Part shown: positions 27,492-37,648 of the stretch, piece by piece
Position numbering within the stretch: the stretch's first letter is position 1
How the letters are laid out: every line of letters starts with the position of its first letter
From: Planctomycetota bacterium
GTDB lineage: Bacteria > Planctomycetota > SZUA-567 > H5-PLA8
NCBI GenBank assembly: GCA_026692735.1
Contig: JAPLOD010000717.1
Coordinates: forward strand, 2,794-54,291
DNA length: 51,498 nt
Reading direction: 5' to 3'
Position numbers and translations under genes: made by a program
Notes under the pieces: model-generated
What the model was told of the DNA's origin: nothing
Seen by the model: only the letters and a program-made list of their open reading frames with translations
Database searches by the model: none

Positions 27492-30443
27492 ATGACCAGA
27501 CTCCGTACACTCGCGCAGGTAGCCTTGGCGGCGTTGCTCTTCGCCGGGCTGACGGGCTGTGCCAACAGACCAGGCGACTTGGGGGCTGCGCGCGAAGAAG
27601 AAGCGCCAGTCGTGAAGACCGCTCCAAAGGATGGCGGACCTGCGGCCGAAGTTGTGGACGTGGACAAGCCGGCCGCCAAGGAAGCGGTCGCGCAGACCGT
27701 CCCGCCGGCCGACAGCAAAGAAGCCCCTGCTGAGCTGGTTTCGCTGCAGCCCGCGCCCCTGGTCGAAGTCACGCCCGCTACGGCCGCCAGGCCCGGAGAA
27801 CTCGCCGCCGGTGAGACCAAGGCCGACGAGACCAAGCCCAAGGAGGGCGAAACGCCGCCCCCGGGCGAGACACCGCAGCAGCGCGCCGCCCGCCTCCTCA
27901 AAGACGCCGAACGCCTCGCGGGCGTCAAAGTCCAGGAGACGATGCAGGAATCGGAGGCCGCCTACCAGGCCGGACTGAAGCTCTTCACCGACCTCGAATA
28001 CGAGCAGGCCCGCAGGTATTTTGAGAAGGCCGTGCTCTTGAACGCGGCCAACGATGCTGCGCAACAGAAGCTGCGCACCTGTAACGCCCTGCTGGGCGTG
28101 CACATCAACATCATGCGCGAGAAGATCAAGGAGCTCGAGGAGGCCGAGCGCGTCAAGGCGCAGGAAACCATGGCCGAGATGGCCCGCGCGCTTGAAGAGG
28201 CCCGCATTCTCGAGGAACGCGGCACCGGCGCGGCGCTCGAACCCGACGTGGCGGACAAGGAACGCGTGCTGGCCGAACAGATGGACGCCCTCCGCCGGGC
28301 CCAGGACCGCTATCGCCGGGTGCGGGCCATCATCAACTGGCTGCCGCCCAGCATTGAGCTACCCGCCCTCCGCACCCAGGTTGACACCGCCCTCGGCCGC
28401 ATCCGCCAGAAGCTGACCGACAAGGACGACGAGATGAGCTTCCTCAGAAGGCAGGAAGCCGCCAAGCTCGCCGCCGACGCGCGTGAACGCGAGACCGACC
28501 AGTTCAAGCAGCGCGTGAAGAAGCTGTTGGAGCAGGTCAAGGACTTGTGCGACCGCCTCGACTACAGGGGGGCGGAGCGGCTGGCCATTCGCGTCCTGCA
28601 GATGGACCCCCTCAACACCGAAGCCGAGGGTTGGAAGAGCAAGGCCCGCTCGGCCTACCACGCGAACGAGGACGCGGCGATCGGCGACCTCAAGACCGAG
28701 GAATACAAGAAGAGCTGGGAGGCCGTGGACGAGGCCGCGATCAGCTATGCGCGCGATATCCAGTATCCCGCCAACTGGGACCAGATCACCGCCCGCCGCA
28801 CTGAGGCTACCGCGATCGGCAGGCAGGTGAAGGAAGAGGCCTGGAAGGCCGACATCAAGAAGAAGCTGCAGCGCAAAGTCACGTTCGAGTTCGTGGACAC
28901 GCCCCTCGATGAGGCCATCAGCTTCCTCCGCCAGTTGGCCAACGTGACGATGATTGTGGACCCCAAGGTCCTTGCCGGCGGCGCCCCCACGATCAACCTG
29001 CGCGTCACCGACATGGGCCTCGACCTGGCCCTCGAATGGATCCTGAAGCTCGCCGATCTCGAGTACGCGTTGCGCGACAATGCCATCTTCATAAGCAAAC
29101 CGGCCAACCTGACCGAATCTGTCGAGCTGCGCATCTACGACGTCAGCGACCTTACCCAGAATATCCAGGACTTCCCCGGCCCCGATATCCAGGTCGCCGT
29201 CGTGGGCGATGCTACCGGCGGCGGCGGCGGCGGCGGCGCGGGCGGCGCGGGTGGCGCGGGCGGCTTCCAGCCGGTGCCCAAGGTCGCGCCGACGCTGACC
29301 AACATCGCCGACATGATCCGCAACCGCGTGCGCCCCGAAAGCTGGGACGCGGCGCTCGGCACCTCGATTGAGGAGCGCGCCGGCCGCCTCGTCGTGATGC
29401 AGCGGCCCGAAGTCCACGCCCTGATTGATCAGTTGCTCTCCAATTTCCGCGCCACGCAGAAGATGATGGTCAATATCGAGGCGCGCTTCCTGACCATTCG
29501 CGAAGCGTATCTCGAAGACATTGGCGTGGAGTTCCAGGGACTCGACCCCAACGTCCTCTACGGCGACTTCGGCGATATCCGCCGCCTTGGCGCGCCCACC
29601 GGGCTGGTGCAGCCGCGCGTCCCCGCCGGCAGCGATGCCACCCCGCCCAATGCGCCCTTCCCCGGCATTGTCAACCCCTATAACCGCACGCTGGGCGGCA
29701 CGATCTCCGAGGTGGGGTCCATCGTCAACCACGCAGTCAACTTCTTCCCCAACGACCCCGATACCATCTCCGGCAACGACACGGCCAACACGGTCCGGCA
29801 GGGCGGCCTTTCCGCCCAGATGACCATCCTCAATAACGCCCAGGTCCAGGCGTTCGTCCGCGCGCTGGCGGTGCGCGAGAACACCAGCACCCTCGTCGCC
29901 CCGCGCCTGACCGTCTTCAACACGCAGCGCGCCCACATGTTCGTGGCCCGCCAGCAGTCCTACGTGTCGGACTACGAAATCTCCGGCGACAGTTATGACC
30001 CGGTGATCCGCCAGTTCCTCGTCGGCGTCGTCCTGGATGTGAAGCCGATCGTCTCCAGCGACCGCCGCTACGTCACGCTTGAAATGCGCCCGACCGTCAC
30101 CGAACTCGTCAACTTCCAGACCCGCCAGATCAACACCTATTCCGTCAACAGCGGCGCCAACGTCAACGTCTTCGTGCAGTTGGCCTTCCCGATCCAGTTC
30201 CCGGAACTCTCGATCCGCCGCGTCCGCACGACGGCGACCGTCCCGGACGGCGGCATCCTGATGCTCGGCGGCCTCTACCGCAACGTGCAGTTCCACTCCG
30301 AGAACGGCGTGCCGTTCCTCAGCGACTTGCCTGTGGTCGGACGGCTGTTCCGCTGGAATACAGTGGATAATGCCAAGAGCAACCTGGCGATCCTGGTCAG
30401 CCCGCGCATCATCCTCTTTAGTGAGGAAGAAGAAAAGCTGTAG
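27492..30443 (+). CDS. Secretin (GspD/PilQ superfamily) 1: lipoprotein with TPR/coiled-coil N-terminus, STN- and N3-like domains
   Basis: Lipobox LTGC; TPR-like helices; VTFEFVDTPLDEAISFL (STN); LRIYDVSDL...LVVMQRPEVH.LI.QLL (N3); secretin motifs VNIEARFL, APRLTVFN.QRA, GVVLDVKP.VS.DRRY, TTATVPDGG, VPFLSDLPVVGRLFR, LAILVSPRII. Alternative start at 27453. Confidence 0.93.
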   Translation: MTRLRTLAQVALAALLFAGLTGCANRPGDLGAAREEEAPVVKTAPKDGGPAAEVVDVDKPAAKEAVAQTVPPADSKEAPAELVSLQPAPLVEVTPATAARPGELAAGETKADETKPKEGETPPPGETPQQRAARLLKDAERLAGVKVQETMQESEAAYQAGLKLFTDLEYEQARRYFEKAVLLNAANDAAQQKLRTCNALLGVHINIMREKIKELEEAERVKAQETMAEMARALEEARILEERGTGAALEPDVADKERVLAEQMDALRRAQDRYRRVRAIINWLPPSIELPALRTQVDTALGRIRQKLTDKDDEMSFLRRQEAAKLAADARERETDQFKQRVKKLLEQVKDLCDRLDYRGAERLAIRVLQMDPLNTEAEGWKSKARSAYHANEDAAIGDLKTEEYKKSWEAVDEAAISYARDIQYPANWDQITARRTEATAIGRQVKEEAWKADIKKKLQRKVTFEFVDTPLDEAISFLRQLANVTMIVDPKVLAGGAPTINLRVTDMGLDLALEWILKLADLEYALRDNAIFISKPANLTESVELRIYDVSDLTQNIQDFPGPDIQVAVVGDATGGGGGGGAGGAGGAGGFQPVPKVAPTLTNIADMIRNRVRPESWDAALGTSIEERAGRLVVMQRPEVHALIDQLLSNFRATQKMMVNIEARFLTIREAYLEDIGVEFQGLDPNVLYGDFGDIRRLGAPTGLVQPRVPAGSDATPPNAPFPGIVNPYNRTLGGTISEVGSIVNHAVNFFPNDPDTISGNDTANTVRQGGLSAQMTILNNAQVQAFVRALAVRENTSTLVAPRLTVFNTQRAHMFVARQQSYVSDYEISGDSYDPVIRQFLVGVVLDVKPIVSSDRRYVTLEMRPTVTELVNFQTRQINTYSVNSGANVNVFVQLAFPIQFPELSIRRVRTTATVPDGGILMLGGLYRNVQFHSENGVPFLSDLPVVGRLFRWNTVDNAKSNLAILVSPRIILFSEEEEKL

Positions 30444-30499
30444 CCCGATGAAGAGGTGGCAACACTCGGCGTTGTACTGGCAGAAGCTTCAGTGAGGGA

Positions 30500-33313
30500 A
30501 TGTCAATGAATGCTGGCTTCAAACAGTGGGTCTGCTGCAGCGTACTGAGTGCCGCGCTGGCGCTCGGCATCTCGAACAGGGGCCCCGTCCATGCGGGTGA
30601 AGCCCCGCCTCCGCCGCCCCCGCCGCCGCCCCCGGCTGCCAATGCCGAGGCGCAGCGTCTGCTGGAAAAGCAGGCTGAGGACGACAAGAAGCTCCGTGAG
30701 GAGATTGCGGCCCAGGCCGCCGCCAAGCTCGACGCGGCCAAGCGCCTGTATGCGGCCTTCAACTATGAGGACGCCCGGCAGGAAGCCGAAGCGGCCGTCC
30801 GTCTCGATCCCACCCACGAGGAAGCCCGTAAGCTGCTCCTGCGCATCAACGATATCCTCAACGTCCGCCGCGACCGCATCCGCGCCGCCGTGGCACAGTT
30901 GCACGGCGAGTACAAGGTCTCGGTTCAGGAGAAGCTCGTCGAACTCGACAACCGCGTTGACCTCGCCAAGCGCGCCATCGAGGATGCCAAGACCGCCCCC
31001 GATCTGTCCCTCGCCGACCGCATCCGGCGCGACGAGGAGGCGCTGGCCACGCTCGAGCGCGCCAAGGAACTGCTCAAATGGCTGCCGGTGGAGGCCAACG
31101 TCGAGGAGCAGACCAACGAGGTCAACCGCCTTGTGTCCGAGACGCAGAAGGCCGTCAAGTTCGCCCAGGCGCGCCTCCAGGAAGTTGACCGCGAGGAAGC
31201 CGCGCGCCTCGCCGGCGAACAGCGCGCCAACCAGAAGCGTTTCCTCGAAAAGAAGATCAACACGCTCGTGGACCAGGGCAAGGCGCTCTTCGAGACCGGC
31301 AAGTACGATGCCGCGCTGGATTTGGCCAACAAGATCCTGGAGATGGACCCGACCAACGCCGAGGCCCACACCATCATCGCCACCGCCCGCGACCGCTACC
31401 ACGCCGAAAAACGCAAGTGGATTGACATTGAGTATAAGGAACAGTTCACACTCAACCGCGAGCGCGCCGAGCGGTTCAACGTCCCCCACAGCGACTACCT
31501 GGTCTACCCGGACAACTGGCACGAGATCGCCCAGCGCTCCGGCGAGCAGGTCAAGACCAAGACGGAAGAGCCCTGGAAACAGGACATCCGCAAAAAGCTC
31601 GCCCGCCACGTTTCCTTCGAGTTCGTAGACACCCCGCTCGAAGAGGCCATCAACTTCCTCAACTCCCTGACCAAGGTCAATATCATCCTCGACCCCAAGG
31701 TCGCCGCCGAGGGCGCCAACAAGACCCCCATCACGCTCCGCGTCCAGGACATGGAGATGGAGCTGGCGCTCAAGTGGATCCTCAAGCTCGCCGAGCTGGA
31801 ATACGACCTGCGCAACCAGGCGGTCTTCATCACCAAGAAAGCCAACCTCGCGGCCAACGTCGAGCTCCAGATCTACGACATCCGCGACCTCACCACCACC
31901 GTCGCCGATTTCCCCGGCCCGCGCATTGACCTCGGTACCGCCGGCGCCCAGGGCGTCGTGGACCCGTTCGCGCAGGCGGCCGTGCAGCCTACGCTGGCCC
32001 CCGCCGACCTCGCCACCCTCATTAAGGACAAGCTGCTCCCGGCCGAGTTCGCCGATCCCGCCACCTCCATCGAGGAATCGGGCGGCAAGCTCGTCGTCAT
32101 GCAGCGCCCCGAGATCCACGAGCGCATCAACCAACTGCTGCGCAGCTTCCGCGAAACCCAGACCGTCCAGGTCCTGACCCAGGTCCGCTTCGTGGACGTC
32201 ACCGATGGCTTCCTCGAAACCATCGGCATCCATTTCACCGGCCTGGATGCCGCCCCCAGCGACAGCGGCTTGCCCAATGCCAGAGTGAACCCGCTGCAGC
32301 AGCCCTCCCCCCAGGGCCTCTTCCCGGCCGGCGGCGGTCCCGGCCTCACCCCGCCGTTGCCCTCGGACATCCAGGCCTCGCCGGCCTATCAGTTCAGCCA
32401 GTTCAACCCTAACCCGCCGTACTATTACGACTACGGGTTCCCGTCCAGCCGGCCGGGGCCCGCCCCGATAACTCTCCTGCGCCCGCGCCTGGACCCGAAC
32501 TTCCCCACGCGCGGCAACGCGACGGTCGGCCCCGCCCTGGCGCCCGCCGGCTTCCGCCGCCAGTGGTATGAGAAGGCGTTCGGCTCACCGACGCTCATCC
32601 AGGGCCAGACCTTGAACCTCCTGCGCATCAATCCCCTCGCCTCGGCCATGGGCGAGTCCATCACGAGCGCCCCGCAGCAGGGCGCGTTGTTCCAGTTCCG
32701 GTTCCTGCAGAGCGTGCAGGCCAACGCCATCCTGCAGGCGGTGCGCAAGGACCAGACGGCCGACACGCTCCTGGCCCCCAAGCTCATGCAGTTCAACAAT
32801 CAGCGCGCCCACATCCTCGCCGCCCAGCAGCGCTCGTACATCCGCGACTACGACGTCTCCGGCGCGGTCTATGACCCCGTGCTGAGCGCCTTCCTGATCG
32901 GCGTCGTCCTCGAGGCCAAGCCCACCGTCTCGAACGACAAGCGCTACATTACTCTCGATATCCGCGCCGGCACCGCCGTCGAGATCACCCCGCCGCAGAT
33001 CGTCTACATCACCAACGCGGGCGGCGACGTCAACGTCGGCGGCGGCGCCATCAACCTGCCCATCGAGCTGCCCAACCTGGAGTTGCGCTCGATCAATACG
33101 ACCATCACCCTGCCCGACAACGGCACCATCCTCTACTCCGGCCTGATCAGCGACCGGAAGATTGACGCCAAGTCGGGCGTGCCGTTCTTCTCCGACCTGC
33201 CCATCATCGGCCGCTTCTTCTCGACGAATAACAAAGAGCGCGTGCGCCGCAACCTGCTGGTGCTCGTCACCGCGCGCGTGGTGCTCTTCGACGAGGAGGA
33301 GGCCAGGCTGTAG
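30500..33313 (+). CDS. Secretin (GspD/PilQ superfamily) 2 with TPR/coiled-coil N-terminus
   Basis: Sec signal ending VHA; poly-Pro; TPR helices; VSFEFVDTPLEEAINFL; LQIYDIRDL; APKLMQFNNQRA; GVVLEAKP.VSNDKRY; TTITLPDNG; VPFFSDLPIIGRFFS; LLVLVTARVV. Confidence 0.93.
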   Translation: MSMNAGFKQWVCCSVLSAALALGISNRGPVHAGEAPPPPPPPPPPAANAEAQRLLEKQAEDDKKLREEIAAQAAAKLDAAKRLYAAFNYEDARQEAEAAVRLDPTHEEARKLLLRINDILNVRRDRIRAAVAQLHGEYKVSVQEKLVELDNRVDLAKRAIEDAKTAPDLSLADRIRRDEEALATLERAKELLKWLPVEANVEEQTNEVNRLVSETQKAVKFAQARLQEVDREEAARLAGEQRANQKRFLEKKINTLVDQGKALFETGKYDAALDLANKILEMDPTNAEAHTIIATARDRYHAEKRKWIDIEYKEQFTLNRERAERFNVPHSDYLVYPDNWHEIAQRSGEQVKTKTEEPWKQDIRKKLARHVSFEFVDTPLEEAINFLNSLTKVNIILDPKVAAEGANKTPITLRVQDMEMELALKWILKLAELEYDLRNQAVFITKKANLAANVELQIYDIRDLTTTVADFPGPRIDLGTAGAQGVVDPFAQAAVQPTLAPADLATLIKDKLLPAEFADPATSIEESGGKLVVMQRPEIHERINQLLRSFRETQTVQVLTQVRFVDVTDGFLETIGIHFTGLDAAPSDSGLPNARVNPLQQPSPQGLFPAGGGPGLTPPLPSDIQASPAYQFSQFNPNPPYYYDYGFPSSRPGPAPITLLRPRLDPNFPTRGNATVGPALAPAGFRRQWYEKAFGSPTLIQGQTLNLLRINPLASAMGESITSAPQQGALFQFRFLQSVQANAILQAVRKDQTADTLLAPKLMQFNNQRAHILAAQQRSYIRDYDVSGAVYDPVLSAFLIGVVLEAKPTVSNDKRYITLDIRAGTAVEITPPQIVYITNAGGDVNVGGGAINLPIELPNLELRSINTTITLPDNGTILYSGLISDRKIDAKSGVPFFSDLPIIGRFFSTNNKERVRRNLLVLVTARVVLFDEEEARL

Positions 33314-33336
33314 CGCCCTCCCCATGCGGACTCACG

Positions 33337-33367
33337 GCCCGGGGCTTTCCCTGCCCCGGGCTTTTTT
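33337..33367 (+). terminator. Rho-independent terminator after the secretin pair
   Basis: GCCCGGGGC-TTTCCCT-GCCCCGGGC followed by TTTTTT. Confidence 0.9.
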
Positions 33368-33395
33368 GTGCCCCAGGCCTTCCCGCCGGAGCAGG

Positions 33396-33608
33396 CCACG
33401 GGCGGGACGCCCGTGGTACCACGAACGTCTCGTTCGTGGCATAGGCATCGTCCACGGGCGGGACGCCCGTGGTACCACGAACGTCTCGTTCGTGGCATGG
33501 GAATCGTCCACGGGCGGGACGCCCGTGGTACCACGAACGTCTCGTTCGTGGCATGGGCATCGTCCACGGGCGGGACGCCCGTGGTACCACGAACGTCTCG
33601 TTCGTGGC
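33396..33608. repeat. Tandem array of ~3.8 x 56-bp double-hairpin (REP/BIME-like) units
   Basis: Units start at 33396, 33452, 33508 and 33564. Unit: CCACGGGCG-GGA-CGCCCGTGG TA CCACGAACG-TCT-CGTTCGTGG C + ATRGGMATCGT. Confidence 0.95.
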
Positions 33609-33806
33609 GCGGCACGCGGCCTTTTTCCCGGATTATTCGCGGAATCGCTTTTTGCGCATGAGGAAGTGCTTATAATCGCGGCGTGGGATCATGGTGGAAA
33701 AATCGTGCAAGGTCTGAGCACGTCATTCGTTAAGATACGGGGTAGTGTGTGCAGGTGTCGAAAGGGGCAGTGCGACAGATTGCCCTACAGTGGAGGATCG
33801 CTCCAG

Positions 33807-36800
33807 ATGATCGTCACAGGTCACAGGTCGTTCGTCTTCCCTTATGCCTCGCTCGTCATCGGGTTGGTGCTGGCCGCCTGCGTGGCGTCGTCGGCCCGCG
33901 CCGAGCTGGACTATGAGTTCGCCAAGATGCTCATGGACCGCGACGAGCCCAGTTTCGAAACTGACGACCTGGTCGAGCGCATGGCCGCACAGCTCGAGGC
34001 GCAGCCCGCCACCAAGATGGACGCCAGGCTCATCCGCGCCACGCTCTTCTGCAAGCAGGCCGTCAGGGCCGGCGTGGAGAAGCGCAAGGCCCTGCTCGAT
34101 GAAGCCGAGAAGCTGTACCGGGAAATCCTGGCCGGCGACAAGAACTACCGGCTCTACGCCACCGCCGAGAAGGAAGCGGGCACGATCAACTCCAGGCGCG
34201 CCACCACCATGATGAAGGCCGCCATGGACCTCGAAAAGACCAACCCCGGCGAAGCCAAGCGCATGCGGGCTGAGGCCGTCGCCACGATGGGCAAGATCGC
34301 CGACGGTCACAAGGCCGAGGCCGACCAGTTGATAGCCAAGTTCAAGGCCGTGTACGACAAGTACAAGAAATGGGGCGACGAGGTCAACAAGAAGGGAGAG
34401 CTGCCGGTTCCCCCCGACATGCAGAAGCAGCTCCTGGGCACCTTCAACCCCTGGCTGTTCGCCGACAAGCGCTACATCGCCACGAAGATCGAGCAGATCG
34501 AATGCCGCGACGACAGCGATCCGGCCAAGAAGAAGGAAGGCGAGGAGCTCGCCAAGCTGTGTGAGACACGCACGAACCAGGATGACATCATGGAGTTCCC
34601 CACCATCGTCGCCTGGTACAACTATATGCGCGGCCGCGCCTTCGCCGCCACCCAGAACGAGGCTGATGCCGCCAAGGCCTGGAAGGACGCGCTGGACGTC
34701 CGCGATGAGGATATGGCGCCCGAGCAGAAGAAGACGGTCCTCGCTCTCAAAAAGCTCATCCTCCACGACCTCGTCAAGATGAAGATGCACGCCAAGAAGT
34801 ACGGCGACGTGGAGCAGGTCATTGTCGAGGCCAAAGTGGACCCCGCGCTGCGCACCCTCTTCGACGAGGACGCGGGCAAAGAACTGATGGTTGACTACGC
34901 CAAGGCGCTGACGCTCCCGCCCGATGCCGGATCGGCCGAGTACGAGAAAGCCATCAAGGAGCTGCGCGTCCAGATCCAGAAGGAGACCAAGGGCGGCGCG
35001 GTGACGCGCTGGGCCAACGACTTCTCGCGCACCATCGCCGAAATGCTCGAGGACGCGCGGACCAATAAGCCCGCGGCGCGGCCCAAGCTCTCCGCCGCGG
35101 AATGGTACTAGGCGGCGCACGGCTTCTTCCTCATGGGCCAGCAGGAGTACCAGAAGTTCACCGACCTTGAGAAGGACAAGTCTCCCAAGGCCAAGGAACA
35201 GTTCGAGAAAGCCTACGACGAGTACCAGGACGCCGTGGACTACTACCGGCGCGCCATCGCCGAGGCGCGGAGCGACCGGACGGACCTGCCGACGCGCGTC
35301 GAGGTGGAGTCCAAGTCCTGGTTCGAGATGGGCCTCGCCTACCTCAAGATGCGGCACTACTACGAATCCATCATCACCTACCAGGCGATGCGCGGCGCGT
35401 TCCTGCCCGAGAACCGGAAGAAGTGGCTGGGCGACCTCACTGTCCCGACAAAGGTCAAGCCCGTTGTGGCCAAACAGGTGGAGGCTCTCCTTGCCGACCT
35501 CGACAAACCCAAGGAGGGCCTGCTCTACAAGAGCGGCCAGAACATCGCCTTCGCCCTCGACAGGAACCAGGAAACGCACCGCAACCCCAAGGACCTCTGG
35601 AACCAGAGGCTCAAGTCCACGATCAGGGGCTCGGACCCAGGCACCGTTGCCGACGGCGAGGTCACCGACAACGACTACCTCGCCGCCAAGGCCGACATGG
35701 AAGAGGCCAAGCAGCTCTCCGCCGCCGGCACGGAGGCGCTGAAAGAGGACCCGAAGCTGGCCGAAGAGAGCTACACCTCGGCGGCGAAGAAATACGCCAG
35801 CGCAGGCGACAAGTTCCTCAAGGTGAAGCCTTCTTCGCCGGCTTACGAGATTGCGCTCTATCAGTCCGGCACGTCGTTCACCATGGCCCAGGCGCTCTGG
35901 GTCACCGGCAAGGCGCGCGCCAAGCCGCCGGCGGACACCGCGGCGCAGTGCAAGGAGCTCGGCCTGAAAGCCCTGGCTGCCTTCGACAAGTACGACGACT
36001 TCATCGCCAAGGCCCCCGTCACCAAGGACGAGGACAAGAAGCGCCGCCAGGGCCTGGCGGGCATGGTCCTGCTGGCCCGCAACGCCCTCTACAGCGGCGC
36101 CGAGGAATGGCGGAATGTCGTCAAGTCCTCGGACCAGTACCTCAACTGGGAAGAGCAGGTCCCTCAGGAGAAATCGTCCGCCGACGTCGCGTACCTCAAT
36201 AAGTTCCGCGCCCTGATCGAGCTGGGAGCGACCAACCTGGCGCCCGACTGCGATGAGGACCTGATCCAGGCCGAGAAAACGATGCGGCAATGGCGCAAGC
36301 TCCGCGAGAAGGACAACAAGGTCTTCGTCTTCATGCTCAATGCCGTCTCGCGCCGCTACAACCTCGCCGCGTTCCAGGTCGAGGACTTCATGAAGAAGGG
36401 CAAGAAAGAAGCCAAGACCAAGGACGGTAAGACGGTCGAGCTCACCACGGACATGGTCGAGGTCTACGAGAGGAAGGTGGCTGAACTGCAGCGTGAGCGC
36501 GTCAAGATGGTCGAGGAGGCCGAAGGCGAGGCGCCGCCGACCCTCGAAGACTACAGCCGCCTCGTCTACCTCTTCACCAAGACACGCATGGACCGCGAGG
36601 CCGCCGACACCGCCAGAAAACTCCTGGAGAGGTTCGACTCCGACAATAAGAGCTGCATCATCCCGCCCGACGATGAGAAGACCTGGCAGGCCATGCTGAC
36701 CAAGATGCAGGCCATCATCCGCTACAACGACCTCAATAAATGGGACCGCTGCAAGAAGGACCATATGACCCTCGTGGACTACATGTACGACACCCGCCAG

Positions 36801-37562
36801 GGACTGGCTCAGGAAAAGCAGGAGCAGCGGCCGGAGTTCGACAGGTTCAACGCGGACATGGATAACGCCCGCAAGCAGCTCGAGAGCATCCGCAAGAACT
36901 ACCCCGATTGCCAGACCTGGGACCCCAAGCTCGGCGAAGGCGGCAAGTCGTACCTTGGCCGCATCGAGGAAGAGATTGATTTCCGGCGCAAGATTGAGGC
37001 CACCCGCGACCTCCTCTTCAACAAGGCCCTCCTCGTCGCCAAGAAGCTCGACGAGGACAAGCAGCCGGAGGAGGCAAAGAGATACCGCGAGGTCGCCAAC
37101 GCGCAGCTCGAGGTCCTGCGCAAGATCCGCATGGACACGCCGGACATGCAGATCAAGCAGGCGACCATCTCGATCTCTATCGGCGAGTACGCTAAGGCGC
37201 TGGAGACTCTGAACAACGTGAAGCTCGACGCGCCCGAGGACTCCCCCCTCTTCTTCGATGCCTCGCGCATGCAGTCGGAGACCTACGCCCTGCAGAAGAA
37301 GTGGAAGGAGGCGGCCGAGTATCCGGAGTTCACGGCGCTGGTGGCGGGCTTCGATGCTCCGCTCGTCAAGAACCGCTGGCCGGAGATGAAGGAGTTCCTC
37401 AGAGAGTGCTATGCCAGCGGCGCGCCCTGCCCCGAGGCGCTGAAGAAGCTGCTGAAACCCAAGGAGGACGGCGCCAAGACTGAGGAACCCAAGAAGGAGG
37501 AAGGCAAGACCGAACCACCGAAGAAAGAAGAGCCCAAGGCCGATGAGAAGAAGAACCCGTAG
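33807..37562 (+). pseudogene. Large exported TPR/alpha-solenoid protein (~1250 aa) interrupted by one in-frame TAG at 35109-35111
   Basis: GGAGGA RBS, signal peptide ending SARA-E. Track ORFs 33162..35111 and 35133..37562 are in the same frame and read AAEWY*AAHGFFLMGQQEY, with no RBS before ATG 35133. Confidence 0.8.
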
Positions 37563-37648
37563 TTGATACGCGCGTTGGCCGATTGCCCTCGGGCTTCTGC
37601 CGGGGCGGGCCGCGCGCTGGCATGCCGTTCAGTGCAGGGAGAGACAAC

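Noticed and set aside
29216-29265. (GGC)n run as a phase-variation tract (also the poly-Pro run near 30604-30635)
   Set aside because: Trinucleotide in-frame runs encoding low-complexity linkers; slippage would not shift the frame.
33396-33608. CRISPR array
   Set aside because: The linkers are 11 nt and nearly identical rather than unique spacers, and there are no cas genes in the window.
33162-33806. 215-aa N-terminal extension of the TPR ORF and other ORFs across the array
   Set aside because: They overlap secretin 2, the terminator and the repeats; the RBS and signal peptide point to ATG 33807.
35109-35111. Genome-wide TAG reassignment
   Set aside because: TAG ends many genes at sensible positions (e.g. 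4126, 19276, 21193, 30443, 33313, 37562).
33723-36764. 1013-aa minus-strand ORF and similar long antisense ORFs (12881-15223, 18200-20593, 28359-30296, 46157-48805, 48277-49917)
   Set aside because: Shadow frames of well-supported GC-rich genes, with no recognisable motifs.
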